A DNA stretch of 64,000 bases from an uncultured Bacilli bacterium. GTDB taxonomy: Bacteria > Bacillota_I > Bacilli_A > RF39 > UBA660. Position numbers and translations under genes: made by a program. The DNA lies in assembly GCA_934090795.1 (NCBI GenBank), contig CAKOJQ010000004.1, positions 349 to 64,348 of the forward strand, in the 5' to 3' direction. A model generated the notes under the pieces. That model was not told the origin of the DNA. It saw only the letters and a program-made list of their open reading frames with translations, and searched no databases. Below are positions 1 to 9,413 of this stretch, in pieces. Every line of letters begins with the position of its first letter. Positions within the stretch are counted from its first letter, which is position 1.

Positions 1-1
1 T

Positions 2-517
2 ATGAGAATTAATGGCAGTAAAGGAGTTAATCAGTTAACTGGAGTAGATATGTTTAATGAACTTTTATGTAATGCATGTAAATATGATAAGAAAGTTTAT
101 TTATATGGTGCTAAAAAAGAAGTTATTGAAAAGACTGTTAAAGTATTAAAAGAGAAGTATATTAACTTAAATATATGTGGTTATATGAGTGGATATAGTA
201 AAGAAAAAGATGTATTAAATGATATAAAAAAATGTAAACCAGATTATTTATTTGTTGGTATAGGATCACCTAAACAAGAAGAATTTATCATTAGAAATGA
301 AAAGCCGTTTAGAAATATAAGTGTTATTATGCCTGTTGGTGGTACGTTTGATGTTGTATCTGGTTTAAAGAAAAGAGCACCAATTATTTATCAAAAACTA
401 CATTTAGAATGGTTATATAGAATGATTAAAGAGCCTAAAAGAATTAAAGATAATGTTAAGATATTAAAATATTTATATTTGGTAATATTTAAAAATGGAG
501 GTAAAGATGAAAAATAA
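2..517 (+). CDS. WecG/TagA/CpsF-family glycosyltransferase (5' end outside window)
   Basis: ORF runs off the left edge. GIGSPKQEEF and MPVGGTFD motifs and overall layout fit the WecG/TagA family. Confidence 0.75.
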   Translation: MRINGSKGVNQLTGVDMFNELLCNACKYDKKVYLYGAKKEVIEKTVKVLKEKYINLNICGYMSGYSKEKDVLNDIKKCKPDYLFVGIGSPKQEEFIIRNEKPFRNISVIMPVGGTFDVVSGLKKRAPIIYQKLHLEWLYRMIKEPKRIKDNVKILKYLYLVIFKNGGKDEK

Positions 518-1463
518 AAGATTATATGTAGTTATACCTTGTTATAATGAAGAAGAAGTTTTAAGAGAAACAAGTAAGAGATTAAATGTTAAGTTAAACG
601 AATTAATTAAAGATAAAACTATTTCTAAAGATAGTAAAGTATTATTTGTTAATGATGGATCTAAAGATAAAACTTGGAATATTATATGTGAATTAAATAA
701 AGAAAATAAATTATTTAGTGGAATTAATTTATCAAGAAATAGAGGACACCAAAATGCGTTGGTAGCAGGACTTATGACTGCTAAAGAATATGCTGATGTG
801 GTAATATCTATGGATGCTGACTTACAAGACGATATTAATGCGATTGATGAAATGCTTAAAGATTATTATGATGGATCAGAAGTTGTTTATGGAGTTAGAT
901 CCTCAAGGGCAAAGGATACTTTCTTTAAAAAGTTTACAGCTGAAGCATTTTACAAGTTTATGAAATTTATGGGAGCTGATGTTGTATTTAATCATGCTGA
1001 TTATAGATTAACAAGTAAAAAAGTATTAGATAATTTTGCAAATTATAAAGAAGTTAATTTATTTTTAAGAGGAATGTTTCCTTTAATTGGATTTAAATCT
1101 AGTATAGTATATTATGAAAGAGCTGAAAGATTTGCAGGTGAGTCTAAATATCCATTAAAGAAAATGCTTAATTTTGCATGGGATGGAATAACATCATTTA
1201 GTGTTAAACCAATAAGAATGATTCTTGATTTAGGTATATTTATTTGTATGATAAGTTTTGTAGTACTTATTTATTGTTTAATTAGAAAGATTAGCGGTGC
1301 TACTGTGGAAGGATGGACATTTATTGCTTGTTCATTATGGCTTTTAGGTGGTATTCAAATGTTTTCGCTTGGTATAATTGGAGAATATGTTGGTAAGGTT
1401 TATAGTGAAACTAAAGCAAGACCAAGATATATTATTCAAGATAATTTATTAGAAGAAAAATAA
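495..1463 (+). CDS. GT2 polyprenyl-phosphate glycosyltransferase (GtrB/ArnC/DPM1-like)
   Basis: VVIPCYNEE, NDGSKD and MDADLQDD GT-A motifs plus two C-terminal TM helices. Overlaps the upstream ORF. Confidence 0.8.
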   Translation: MEVKMKNKRLYVVIPCYNEEEVLRETSKRLNVKLNELIKDKTISKDSKVLFVNDGSKDKTWNIICELNKENKLFSGINLSRNRGHQNALVAGLMTAKEYADVVISMDADLQDDINAIDEMLKDYYDGSEVVYGVRSSRAKDTFFKKFTAEAFYKFMKFMGADVVFNHADYRLTSKKVLDNFANYKEVNLFLRGMFPLIGFKSSIVYYERAERFAGESKYPLKKMLNFAWDGITSFSVKPIRMILDLGIFICMISFVVLIYCLIRKISGATVEGWTFIACSLWLLGGIQMFSLGIIGEYVGKVYSETKARPRYIIQDNLLEEK

Positions 1464-1575
1464 TAGTAATATGATAATATGTAATTTTCTTTATTGTTTT
1501 TTATGGAATAGATTTTATTCCTTTTTTTATGTATAATTATTTTATAGAGAAGAAATTATAATTGGAGGTTAACAA

Positions 1576-4476
1576 ATGAATAAAGTATTTAAAATAAAAT
1601 TGTTATTTATTATATTACCTTTTTTAGATGTTATTACAGCTTTATTAACAAGAAATACAGGAATTCGATTAACACCTGGAATTTTACTTAAAAGTTTTTT
1701 ATTGTTATATTTTATAATTTATATTGTAAGATCTAAATCAAAATATAATAAAATTTCTTTTGGGTTTTTATTTTTCATTTTTTTATATTTTATATTTTAT
1801 TTTATTTTTAAGTCAGAAATTTTTGATAAAACTTTTATTTTTAATGAATTAATATTTTTATTTAAACTTATATATTTTCCTATTTGTTTTGTAGGATTAT
1901 TATGTTATTTTGATGATAATAGTGTTTCTATAAGTTATATTACTGATATATTTAAATTTACTTTAATTTTATATGTATTATTGTTAATTATTCCGACAAT
2001 ATTTGGAATATCTTACACAACCTATCCTAAGTATTTAAAGGGATATGTAGGCTTGTTTTATGCTGGAAATGAGATCGCAAATATTATGGTTATATTATTT
2101 CCATTTGCTTATTTATTTATTAATAAAAGTAAATATAGTTTTTTAATTATTTTTCCAATTATTCTTGTTATGATGATGATTGGAACTAAAGTTGCTACTT
2201 TTGGATGTTTAATAATTACAATATTATCATTAATATTTAGTATAATAAAAAATAAATTTAGAATTAATAAAGTTGTAATTAAGTGTTTTTCTATATTTGT
2301 ATTTGCTTTATTTATATCTATAAATTCATATGCTGTTTATAATTATAATTATATTAAGAATAATGTTTATAATGATGAAAGTAAAGAAATTATTATTGAT
2401 GATAATAAAAAAGCAGAAGTTGAGGAAATTCAGGGAAATTTAAATATTTTTTATGATAAAAATAAATTAACTAAAATAATTAGACCTTTGGTAAATGGAA
2501 GGGATATACTTCTTGCTAATACAATAAGTGTGTATAATGATTTGGATAATGATTCTAATATATGGTTAGGAATAGGTTTTTCTAATACTGAAAGAGTAAA
2601 TAATACAAATGTAGCTAGATTAATAGAAATTGATATTTGTGATTTATATTTTCATTTTGGAATTATTGGGTTATTAATTTCTTTATTTCCTTTTATAATT
2701 GTTGGTTATTTATTTATTGTTAATTTTAGTAAAATTAAACTTAATAGTATATATTTATTACTTATATTATTTCTTGTGATTGGTGTTTCAACTTTTAGTG
2801 GACATATTTTATTTGCGCCTGCTGTATCAATTTATTTGGTGTTATTATTGTTATTATTTTTATGTGAATTTGATTGTTATGGGAGAAAAATTAATAAAAA
2901 TAAAAAGATATCAATTTTAGCACTTCATTTAGGATATGGTGGTGTTGAAAAATCTATTATTGATCAAGCTAATATGTTAAGTGAATTTTATGATGTTGAA
3001 GTTGTGTCTCTTTATAAGCTTTATGATTATATTCCTTATAAGGTTAATGATAAAGTTAAAATTAAATATTTATCAAATTTAAAACCAAACAGGAACGAAT
3101 TTAAAGATGCTGTTAAGAGAAAAAATATTAAGGATATAATTAATGAAGGCTTTAAAGCAATTAAAATATTATATTTAAAAAGAAAGTTGGTAAGTGATTA
3201 TATTTATAATTGCGATTCTAATGTTGTTATTTCGTCTAGAATTGATTTTACAAAATTATTAAATAGATATGGCAACAATTTAGCTGTAAAAGTAGCTGAG
3301 GAGCATGTCTATCATAATAATAGTAAAAAATATTTTAAATTGTTAAAAAAATCTATGAAAAATATAAATTATTTAATTCCTGCAAGTAAATATTTATATG
3401 ATGATTATGAAAAATTATTTAAAAATGAAAATGTGATTGTTAAATATATACCTCAAATTGTTGGTGATATTTCTTTAAATAAAAGTAAATGTAATAATTA
3501 TAATATTGTTTCAGTTGGAAGATTATCTAAAGAAAAGGGATATGATGATTTGATTAAAGTGTTTGATTTAGTTCATAAAAAAAATAAAAAAATTAAACTT
3601 ACAATTGTTGGTGATGGAGATGAAAAAGAAAATTTAGAAAATTTGGTCAGTCAATATAAGTTAAATAAGTATATAAAATTTACTGGTTTTTTAACTCAAG
3701 ATAAGTTAAAAGATGTATATATTAATTCTTCATTATATGTTATGACTTCTTTAGAAGAATCTTTTGGTTTAGTTTTATTAGAAGCAATGAGTTATGGAAT
3801 ACCTTGTGTTGCTTTTGATTCTGCTTTAGGAGCTAAAGAAATAATTGATGATAAATCAGGTATATTGATTAAAAATCGTAATTTAGCTGAAATGGCTGAT
3901 ACTATATGTAATTATTTTGATGGAAAATATAAATTCAATATTTCTGATAAGATTCAAAATTATTCATATGATAAAGTTAAAATTGTGTGGAGAAATTTTG
4001 TTGATGAATGTTTAAATAAAAATGATAAAAAAAGATGTTTATTTGTTTCTAGTCAAGGTGGTCATTTAAATGAATTGTTGAAATTAGAAGATACTATTAA
4101 TAATTATAATTCTTTAGTGATTACTGAAAGATGCGATAATAATTTAAAATATAAAACTAAATATTTGATGGCTACAACTAGATATCAATTTAGTTATGTT
4201 TACGGTATATTTTATAATTGTTTTAAGAGCCTAAATATATTTTTGAGTTTTACCCCTGATGTTATAATTTCAACCGGATCTCATACCGCAATACCTTTGT
4301 GTTTAATTGGTCACTTATTTGGAAAAAAGATAGTATATATAGAATCTTTTGCAAATATTTCTACTAAATCGTTAGCAGGAAGGATAGTTTATAATTTTGC
4401 TGATGTTTTTATAGTTCAATGGGAGAATATGCTTAAATTATATCCTAATGCGATATATATAGGAGGTTTGTATTGA
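1576..4476 (+). CDS. Tri-domain fusion: O-antigen-polymerase/ligase-like membrane domain + GT4 glycosyltransferase + Alg14/PssD/Cps14F-like domain
   Basis: GGAGG lies 7 nt upstream of the ATG. aa 1-440 is polytopic membrane. aa ~445-805 is GT4 (EESFGLVLLEAMSYGIPCVAFD). aa ~815-966 is Alg14-like (SSQGGHLNE, YIESFANI, VQWE). Confidence 0.7.
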   Translation: MNKVFKIKLLFIILPFLDVITALLTRNTGIRLTPGILLKSFLLLYFIIYIVRSKSKYNKISFGFLFFIFLYFIFYFIFKSEIFDKTFIFNELIFLFKLIYFPICFVGLLCYFDDNSVSISYITDIFKFTLILYVLLLIIPTIFGISYTTYPKYLKGYVGLFYAGNEIANIMVILFPFAYLFINKSKYSFLIIFPIILVMMMIGTKVATFGCLIITILSLIFSIIKNKFRINKVVIKCFSIFVFALFISINSYAVYNYNYIKNNVYNDESKEIIIDDNKKAEVEEIQGNLNIFYDKNKLTKIIRPLVNGRDILLANTISVYNDLDNDSNIWLGIGFSNTERVNNTNVARLIEIDICDLYFHFGIIGLLISLFPFIIVGYLFIVNFSKIKLNSIYLLLILFLVIGVSTFSGHILFAPAVSIYLVLLLLLFLCEFDCYGRKINKNKKISILALHLGYGGVEKSIIDQANMLSEFYDVEVVSLYKLYDYIPYKVNDKVKIKYLSNLKPNRNEFKDAVKRKNIKDIINEGFKAIKILYLKRKLVSDYIYNCDSNVVISSRIDFTKLLNRYGNNLAVKVAEEHVYHNNSKKYFKLLKKSMKNINYLIPASKYLYDDYEKLFKNENVIVKYIPQIVGDISLNKSKCNNYNIVSVGRLSKEKGYDDLIKVFDLVHKKNKKIKLTIVGDGDEKENLENLVSQYKLNKYIKFTGFLTQDKLKDVYINSSLYVMTSLEESFGLVLLEAMSYGIPCVAFDSALGAKEIIDDKSGILIKNRNLAEMADTICNYFDGKYKFNISDKIQNYSYDKVKIVWRNFVDECLNKNDKKRCLFVSSQGGHLNELLKLEDTINNYNSLVITERCDNNLKYKTKYLMATTRYQFSYVYGIFYNCFKSLNIFLSFTPDVIISTGSHTAIPLCLIGHLFGKKIVYIESFANISTKSLAGRIVYNFADVFIVQWENMLKLYPNAIYIGGLY

Positions 4477-4949
4477 AAATTTTTGTTACTTTAGGTAGTA
4501 GTAATCAAAATTTTAATAGATTACTAAAAAAAATAGATGAGCTTGAAAAAAATAATATTATTGATGATGTAATTGTTCAGTCTAATTCAAGTGATTATGT
4601 TCCTAAAAACTATATAATTAAAAATCATTTAAATTTTGATGAGTATAAAAAGTATGTTGAAAACTGTGAAATTTTGATAACTCATGGTGGTGTTGGATGT
4701 ATTTTTGATGGATTAATGAATAATAAAAAGATTATTGCATTTCCTAGGATGAGTGAATATCATGAAGCTGTTAATGATCATCAAAAACAAATTGTAGATA
4801 AATTTTATAGTGATGGATATATATTAACTGGTAATATTGATGATTTAGATAAATTAATCACAAATATTGATAGTTTTACTCCAAAAAAATATAAATCTAA
4901 TACTAATTTATTTAATAAAAAACTTATTGACATTATCGAAAAATTATAG
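4473..4949 (+). CDS. Alg13/PssE/Cps14G-like glycosyltransferase subunit (Glyco_tran_28_C-type)
   Basis: TTG start overlaps the upstream TGA. KIFVTLGS, ITHGGVGCI and FPR...EAVNDHQ motifs. Confidence 0.7.
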   Translation: MKIFVTLGSSNQNFNRLLKKIDELEKNNIIDDVIVQSNSSDYVPKNYIIKNHLNFDEYKKYVENCEILITHGGVGCIFDGLMNNKKIIAFPRMSEYHEAVNDHQKQIVDKFYSDGYILTGNIDDLDKLITNIDSFTPKKYKSNTNLFNKKLIDIIEKL

Positions 4950-4969
4950 AGAGCCTATTAGCTCTTTTT
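4950..4969 (+). terminator. Rho-independent terminator candidate
   Basis: AGAGC-CTATTA-GCTCT hairpin followed by TTTT, directly after the stop codon. Confidence 0.5.
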
Positions 4970-5130
4970 AATTTAAATAATTTTGATACGAATAATTGCT
5001 AATCTTGCTAGGCTTTTATTTTAAGGTATAAAAACATTGTAAAAGCAGAAACTTTTTGTATTATACGTTAAAAAACTGGAAATACTATTAATTTAGTGTT
5101 TTTTTTGTTATGATTATATCGTGGTGGAAA

Positions 5131-6126
5131 ATGAAAATAAATATGTATGATTTTGATGATACCATTTATAATGGAGATTCAACTGTTGATTTTATAAAAT
5201 ATTGTTATAAACATAAGTATATTAAATTTAGGGATATAATAAAGATTATAGGAGCTTTTATTAAGTATTTTTTTGGAGTTATTGATATAACTCAGTTTAA
5301 AGAGGTATTATTTAGTTTTTTAAATAATGTTAATGATGTTTATTGCTTAGTAAATGATTTTTGGGATGAACATTATAAAAATATTAAGAAATTTTATTTA
5401 GAAAAAAATCATGATAATGATGTTATTAATTCTGCTAGTCCTTATTTCTTACTTAAGCCTGTATGTGATAAGTTAGGCGTTAAAGATTTAATTGCATCTG
5501 ATGTAGATTTAAAAACTGGAAAGTTTAGAGAAAAAAATAATAGTAGAGAGGTAAAAGTAGATAATTATAATAAAAAATATATAAATTATATTTTAGATGA
5601 ATGTTATAGTGATAATCCTTTTAATGATAAATTTATATTAGAACTTGCTAATAAGCCTTATGTGGTTAAGGGAGAAAAATTAATTAATTATTATGATTAT
5701 AAACCATCTTTTGTAAAATCTATTTTTAGAAAGTTATGGGGATTTTATAGAAGTCATTTAGAAGTTATAAATTATTTATTTATAGGTGGTTGTACAACTA
5801 TTATATCAATTTTAAGTTATGCTTTATTTGCTAAGGTATGTGGTTTTGATTTGGTAGTATCTAATGTGTTATCATGGATTGTATCTGTTTTATTTGCTTA
5901 TTTTACTAATAGAGTTATAGTTTTTAATAGTAAAAATAAGAATTATATAAAAGAGTTTATTTCATTTACGGGAAGTAGGGTTATAACTTTAATTCTTGAT
6001 ACTTTGTTAATGATTTTGTTTGTTAGGTCATTAAATATGAATGATATGATAGCTAAGTTAATTGTTCAAATTGTTGTTATTATTGGAAATTATTTAATTA
6101 GTAAATTACTAGTGTTTAAGAAGTAG
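5131..6126 (+). CDS. HAD-IB-like phosphatase fused to a GtrA-like membrane domain
   Basis: N-terminal HAD motif I (YDFDDTIY). The C-terminal ~120 aa has four TM helices of GtrA type (NYLFIGGCTT...). Start is ambiguous among ATGs at 5110, 5131 and 5143. Confidence 0.6.
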   Translation: MKINMYDFDDTIYNGDSTVDFIKYCYKHKYIKFRDIIKIIGAFIKYFFGVIDITQFKEVLFSFLNNVNDVYCLVNDFWDEHYKNIKKFYLEKNHDNDVINSASPYFLLKPVCDKLGVKDLIASDVDLKTGKFREKNNSREVKVDNYNKKYINYILDECYSDNPFNDKFILELANKPYVVKGEKLINYYDYKPSFVKSIFRKLWGFYRSHLEVINYLFIGGCTTIISILSYALFAKVCGFDLVVSNVLSWIVSVLFAYFTNRVIVFNSKNKNYIKEFISFTGSRVITLILDTLLMILFVRSLNMNDMIAKLIVQIVVIIGNYLISKLLVFKK

Positions 6127-6139
6127 GTGTGAATATAAT

Positions 6140-6772
6140 ATGAAAAAGTTTATAGGGTTTTATAGGGATTGCGATTTATTAACCATGACTGGTACTTTTA
6201 TGGCTCTTTTAGGGTGTATTTTATCAATTAATGGTAGTCGTGTTATACCCATATTTTGTTTAATTATATCGGGGATATGTGATGCTTTTGATGGTAAGCT
6301 TGCAAGAAGAAAACATTGTTCTAATATGCAAATGGTTTATGGTGTTCAGTTAGATTCTTTATCTGATTTAATTTCATTTGGTGTTTTTCCTTTAGTTTAT
6401 ACAATTAATATATTACCTAAGAATTATTATTTTGGATGGATTGCTTTAATATTTTATAGTCTATGTGGTATGATTAGACTTGCTTACTTTAATACTCTTG
6501 ATATATGTAAGAAAGCTGATAAAAAATGTTTTGTTGGTATGCCAATTACTTCTATTGCTATTTTTTATCCAATTGTTTTTATGTTTTTATGGGTAGTTAA
6601 ATTTAAATTTTATCCAGAAATTGTTTCTGTTTTTATGATTTTAATGGGATTATCATTTATTAGTACTATTAAGATAAAGAAATTAGATGATAAGAAGAAG
6701 ATTGTTCTTTCGATTGGCGGTATTTTATTTATTATTTGTTTTTTAGTTTTTTATTTCTTTTGTAGAAAATAA
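6140..6772 (+). CDS. CDP-alcohol phosphatidyltransferase family protein
   Basis: Signature D-x2-DG-x2-AR...G-x3-D-x3-D is present (DAFDGKLARR...GVQLDSLSD). Polytopic membrane protein. Confidence 0.8.
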   Translation: MKKFIGFYRDCDLLTMTGTFMALLGCILSINGSRVIPIFCLIISGICDAFDGKLARRKHCSNMQMVYGVQLDSLSDLISFGVFPLVYTINILPKNYYFGWIALIFYSLCGMIRLAYFNTLDICKKADKKCFVGMPITSIAIFYPIVFMFLWVVKFKFYPEIVSVFMILMGLSFISTIKIKKLDDKKKIVLSIGGILFIICFLVFYFFCRK

Positions 6773-6909
6773 TAAATTTGTATGTTATTTAATACAAATT
6801 TTTTTATTTTGTTAGACAAATTAATTAATTCTGGTAATAAATTTTATTTTTTTGTTATTTGCAAGTTAAACTTAAGTATAATAGAATCCTTTTTGTAAGG
6901 GGAGATGTT

Positions 6910-8772
6910 ATGCTTGAACTTAGAAATATATGTAAAAAATATGATAGAGATGTTTTAAAAAAAATAAATTTAAAATTTGGTAATAGAGGTCTTGTTTGTT
7001 TAGTTGGAGAATCTGGTAGTGGTAAGTCAACGCTTTTAAATATTATAGGTGGATTAGAACGGGCTGATAGTGGTAAAGTTTTAATTGATGGAGTTAACAT
7101 TAATAAATTTGATAGTTCATATTATCATAATCAAGTTGTTAGTTATATTAATCAATATTATAATTTAATTGATAATTATAGTACTTTAGATAATGCTTTA
7201 TTACCAATTGATATTAGAAGAAATAGAAGCTCTAGTTTTGATGATAAAATATTTAAAATGTTAGGTATAAGTAGTTTAAAAAATAGTAAGGTATCTTCTT
7301 TAAGTGGAGGAGAAAAGCAAAGAGTTGCTATTGCTAGGTGTATAATGCAAAATACAAAAATTATTTTAGCAGATGAACCTACTGGTGCACTTGATTTAGA
7401 TAATTCTTATAAGATTATGGAGATTCTTAAAAATTTATCGAAGAAAAAATTGGTTATTGTAGTTACACATAATATGGAACTAGCTAATAAGTTTGCTGAT
7501 GAGATAATAAAACTAGTTGATGGTAAAATAGAAGAAAATGGTAAAAAACAGATTAGATCATATTTTAATTTAAGACAAAGAAATGAGGTTAAATTAACAA
7601 TAAGTAAATTGTGTAAATATGCAATTAAGAATATAAAAAATAAATTGTTAAGAAATGTTTTAGTTGTTCTAGCATTTACTATTGGTTTATGTAGTTTAGG
7701 GTTAGTGTTATCAATTAGAAATGGTTTTAAGAAGGAATTGGATAATTTAAATGGTTCATCATTTTTTAACTATCCAATTATTATTAGTAAAAGTAATTAT
7801 GTTGATGATTTTAATAGTAAGTTAGAAAATATTAAGGGAATAAATGTGAAAAAAGGAACATTTATAAATAATGTTATAGATGATAAGCTAATTAATATTA
7901 TTAATGAGATAGATAAAAAGTATGTTAAAGCTGTTAGTTATTATAGAGATATTGATTATAATTTTAAAAGTGTGTCGTATGTAAATCCTTCAAACAATTA
8001 TTTTTATATATTAGATGGTAAATGGCCGGAAAATGATAATGAGGTACTAATTCTTTATGATGAAGATAATTCAATAAGTGAAAAAGTTTATAATTATTTG
8101 GATGTGGAAAAAAAGGGACTTATTAACAATATTTTTTATGTTAACGGGAAAGAACTTAAAGTTTGTGGTGTTGTTAGATCTAATAATGATTATTTTAAGG
8201 ATTTAAGTGGGATAATTTATTCTAATAATTTATTTGATAATGAGATAACGGATATCTTTATTTATTCAAGTGATTTGGAATCTAAAAATATAATTAAAGA
8301 TAAATTAAAGGATTATAATATTTTAGATAATGCGGAAGATATAGTTAATAATTCGAAAAAAATAGTTGATGGAATTAGTATTGTTTTAATATTATTTAGT
8401 GTTATTAGTTTGATTGTTTCAGTTATTATGATATTCGTTATTTCTTATATTTCAGTTATTGAGAGATATAAAGATATTGGTGTTTATAAAAGTATTGGTT
8501 TTAGAAACAAAGATGTTAAAAACTTATTTTGCTTAGAAAATATATTGATAGGTGTTTGTTCATTTGTTTATTCAAATGTGATGTTGATATTAATAGGTAA
8601 TAAGATAAATGATTATGTTAGTTGTTATGTTAATATTAATAAAATTATGGTTATTAGTTTTTCTAATGTTTTAATTATTGGTTTTTTAAGTATATTTCTA
8701 TGTTATATTGCTAGTTTGATTCCTGCATGTATAGCATCTAAAAAGAAAATTATTGATGTTATGAATAATTAA
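6910..8772 (+). CDS. ABC transporter, fused ATPase + FtsX/MacB-like permease
   Basis: Walker A GESGSGKST, signature LSGGEKQR, Walker B ILADEPT. The C-terminal half has an FtsX-like TM bundle. ATG at 6910 follows AAGGGGAGA; the longer 6859 start is rejected. Confidence 0.8.
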   Translation: MLELRNICKKYDRDVLKKINLKFGNRGLVCLVGESGSGKSTLLNIIGGLERADSGKVLIDGVNINKFDSSYYHNQVVSYINQYYNLIDNYSTLDNALLPIDIRRNRSSSFDDKIFKMLGISSLKNSKVSSLSGGEKQRVAIARCIMQNTKIILADEPTGALDLDNSYKIMEILKNLSKKKLVIVVTHNMELANKFADEIIKLVDGKIEENGKKQIRSYFNLRQRNEVKLTISKLCKYAIKNIKNKLLRNVLVVLAFTIGLCSLGLVLSIRNGFKKELDNLNGSSFFNYPIIISKSNYVDDFNSKLENIKGINVKKGTFINNVIDDKLINIINEIDKKYVKAVSYYRDIDYNFKSVSYVNPSNNYFYILDGKWPENDNEVLILYDEDNSISEKVYNYLDVEKKGLINNIFYVNGKELKVCGVVRSNNDYFKDLSGIIYSNNLFDNEITDIFIYSSDLESKNIIKDKLKDYNILDNAEDIVNNSKKIVDGISIVLILFSVISLIVSVIMIFVISYISVIERYKDIGVYKSIGFRNKDVKNLFCLENILIGVCSFVYSNVMLILIGNKINDYVSCYVNINKIMVISFSNVLIIGFLSIFLCYIASLIPACIASKKKIIDVMNN

Positions 8773-8830
8773 TTATTTCTTATTTTTATTTTAGATAGTA
8801 TAATTAGTTTATATAAGAGGATGATAATAT

Positions 8831-9391
8831 ATGAATATACCAGTTGGAATTAGTAATAGACATGTACATTTAACTGAAGCTGTATGGAAAGAAATATTTG
8901 GAGATGAGGAAATTACTGTAAGAAACTATTTAAATCAACCAGGACAATTTGCTAGTAATATGACTGTTGATATAATGGTTAATGATAATAGAATTGATCA
9001 TGTTAGAGTTGTTGGACCTTTAAGAGACTATAATCAAGTTGAAATTGATAATAGTGATGCAAAAATATTAGGAGTATTTCCGCCTAGAAAGCAAAGTGGT
9101 GATTTGGATGATAGTTTATCAGTAACTGTTATTGGACCAAGAGGAAGTATTTCATTAGATAAGGGTCTTATTAGATCTGATGCTCATATTCATATGGACC
9201 CTGAGACAGCAATTAAAATGAATTTAGTAAATAAAGAAGTAGTTGGTGTATTTAAAAATGATGTTAAACTTTTAGATGCTAAAATTAAGATTTTGGATAA
9301 TTCTTATATAGAAATGCATATTGATAAAGATGAAGAAGTATTATATGACTTACATCAAGGTGATATTGTTGAATTTAAAAAGACTTTATAA
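8831..9391 (+). CDS. pduL: Phosphate propanoyl/acetyl-transferase PduL
   Basis: Duplicated PduL motifs (ISNRHVHLT and SDAHIHMD). The size, 186 aa, is typical. Confidence 0.8.
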   Translation: MNIPVGISNRHVHLTEAVWKEIFGDEEITVRNYLNQPGQFASNMTVDIMVNDNRIDHVRVVGPLRDYNQVEIDNSDAKILGVFPPRKQSGDLDDSLSVTVIGPRGSISLDKGLIRSDAHIHMDPETAIKMNLVNKEVVGVFKNDVKLLDAKIKILDNSYIEMHIDKDEEVLYDLHQGDIVEFKKTL

Positions 9392-9413
9392 TATTATAGT
9401 GTAGTGATGTTTT

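Noticed and set aside
6855-7100. Antisense or overlapping shadow ORFs at these positions:
- Minus strand: 6855-7100, 9591-9989, 10981-11259, 28922-29170, 30602-30808, 32032-32262, 34183-34482, 36112-36300, 41239-41421, 62098-62280.
- Plus strand: 19627-19986, 25826-26011, 40083-40316, 42315-42587, 44568-44804, 47898-48107, 54689-54883, 54929-55153, 56334-56537, 62005-62220, 62412-62630, 62769-63113.
   Set aside because: Each lies inside or against a much longer ORF with clear domain content. Each has a low-complexity or hydrophobic AT-rich-artefact composition and no RBS.
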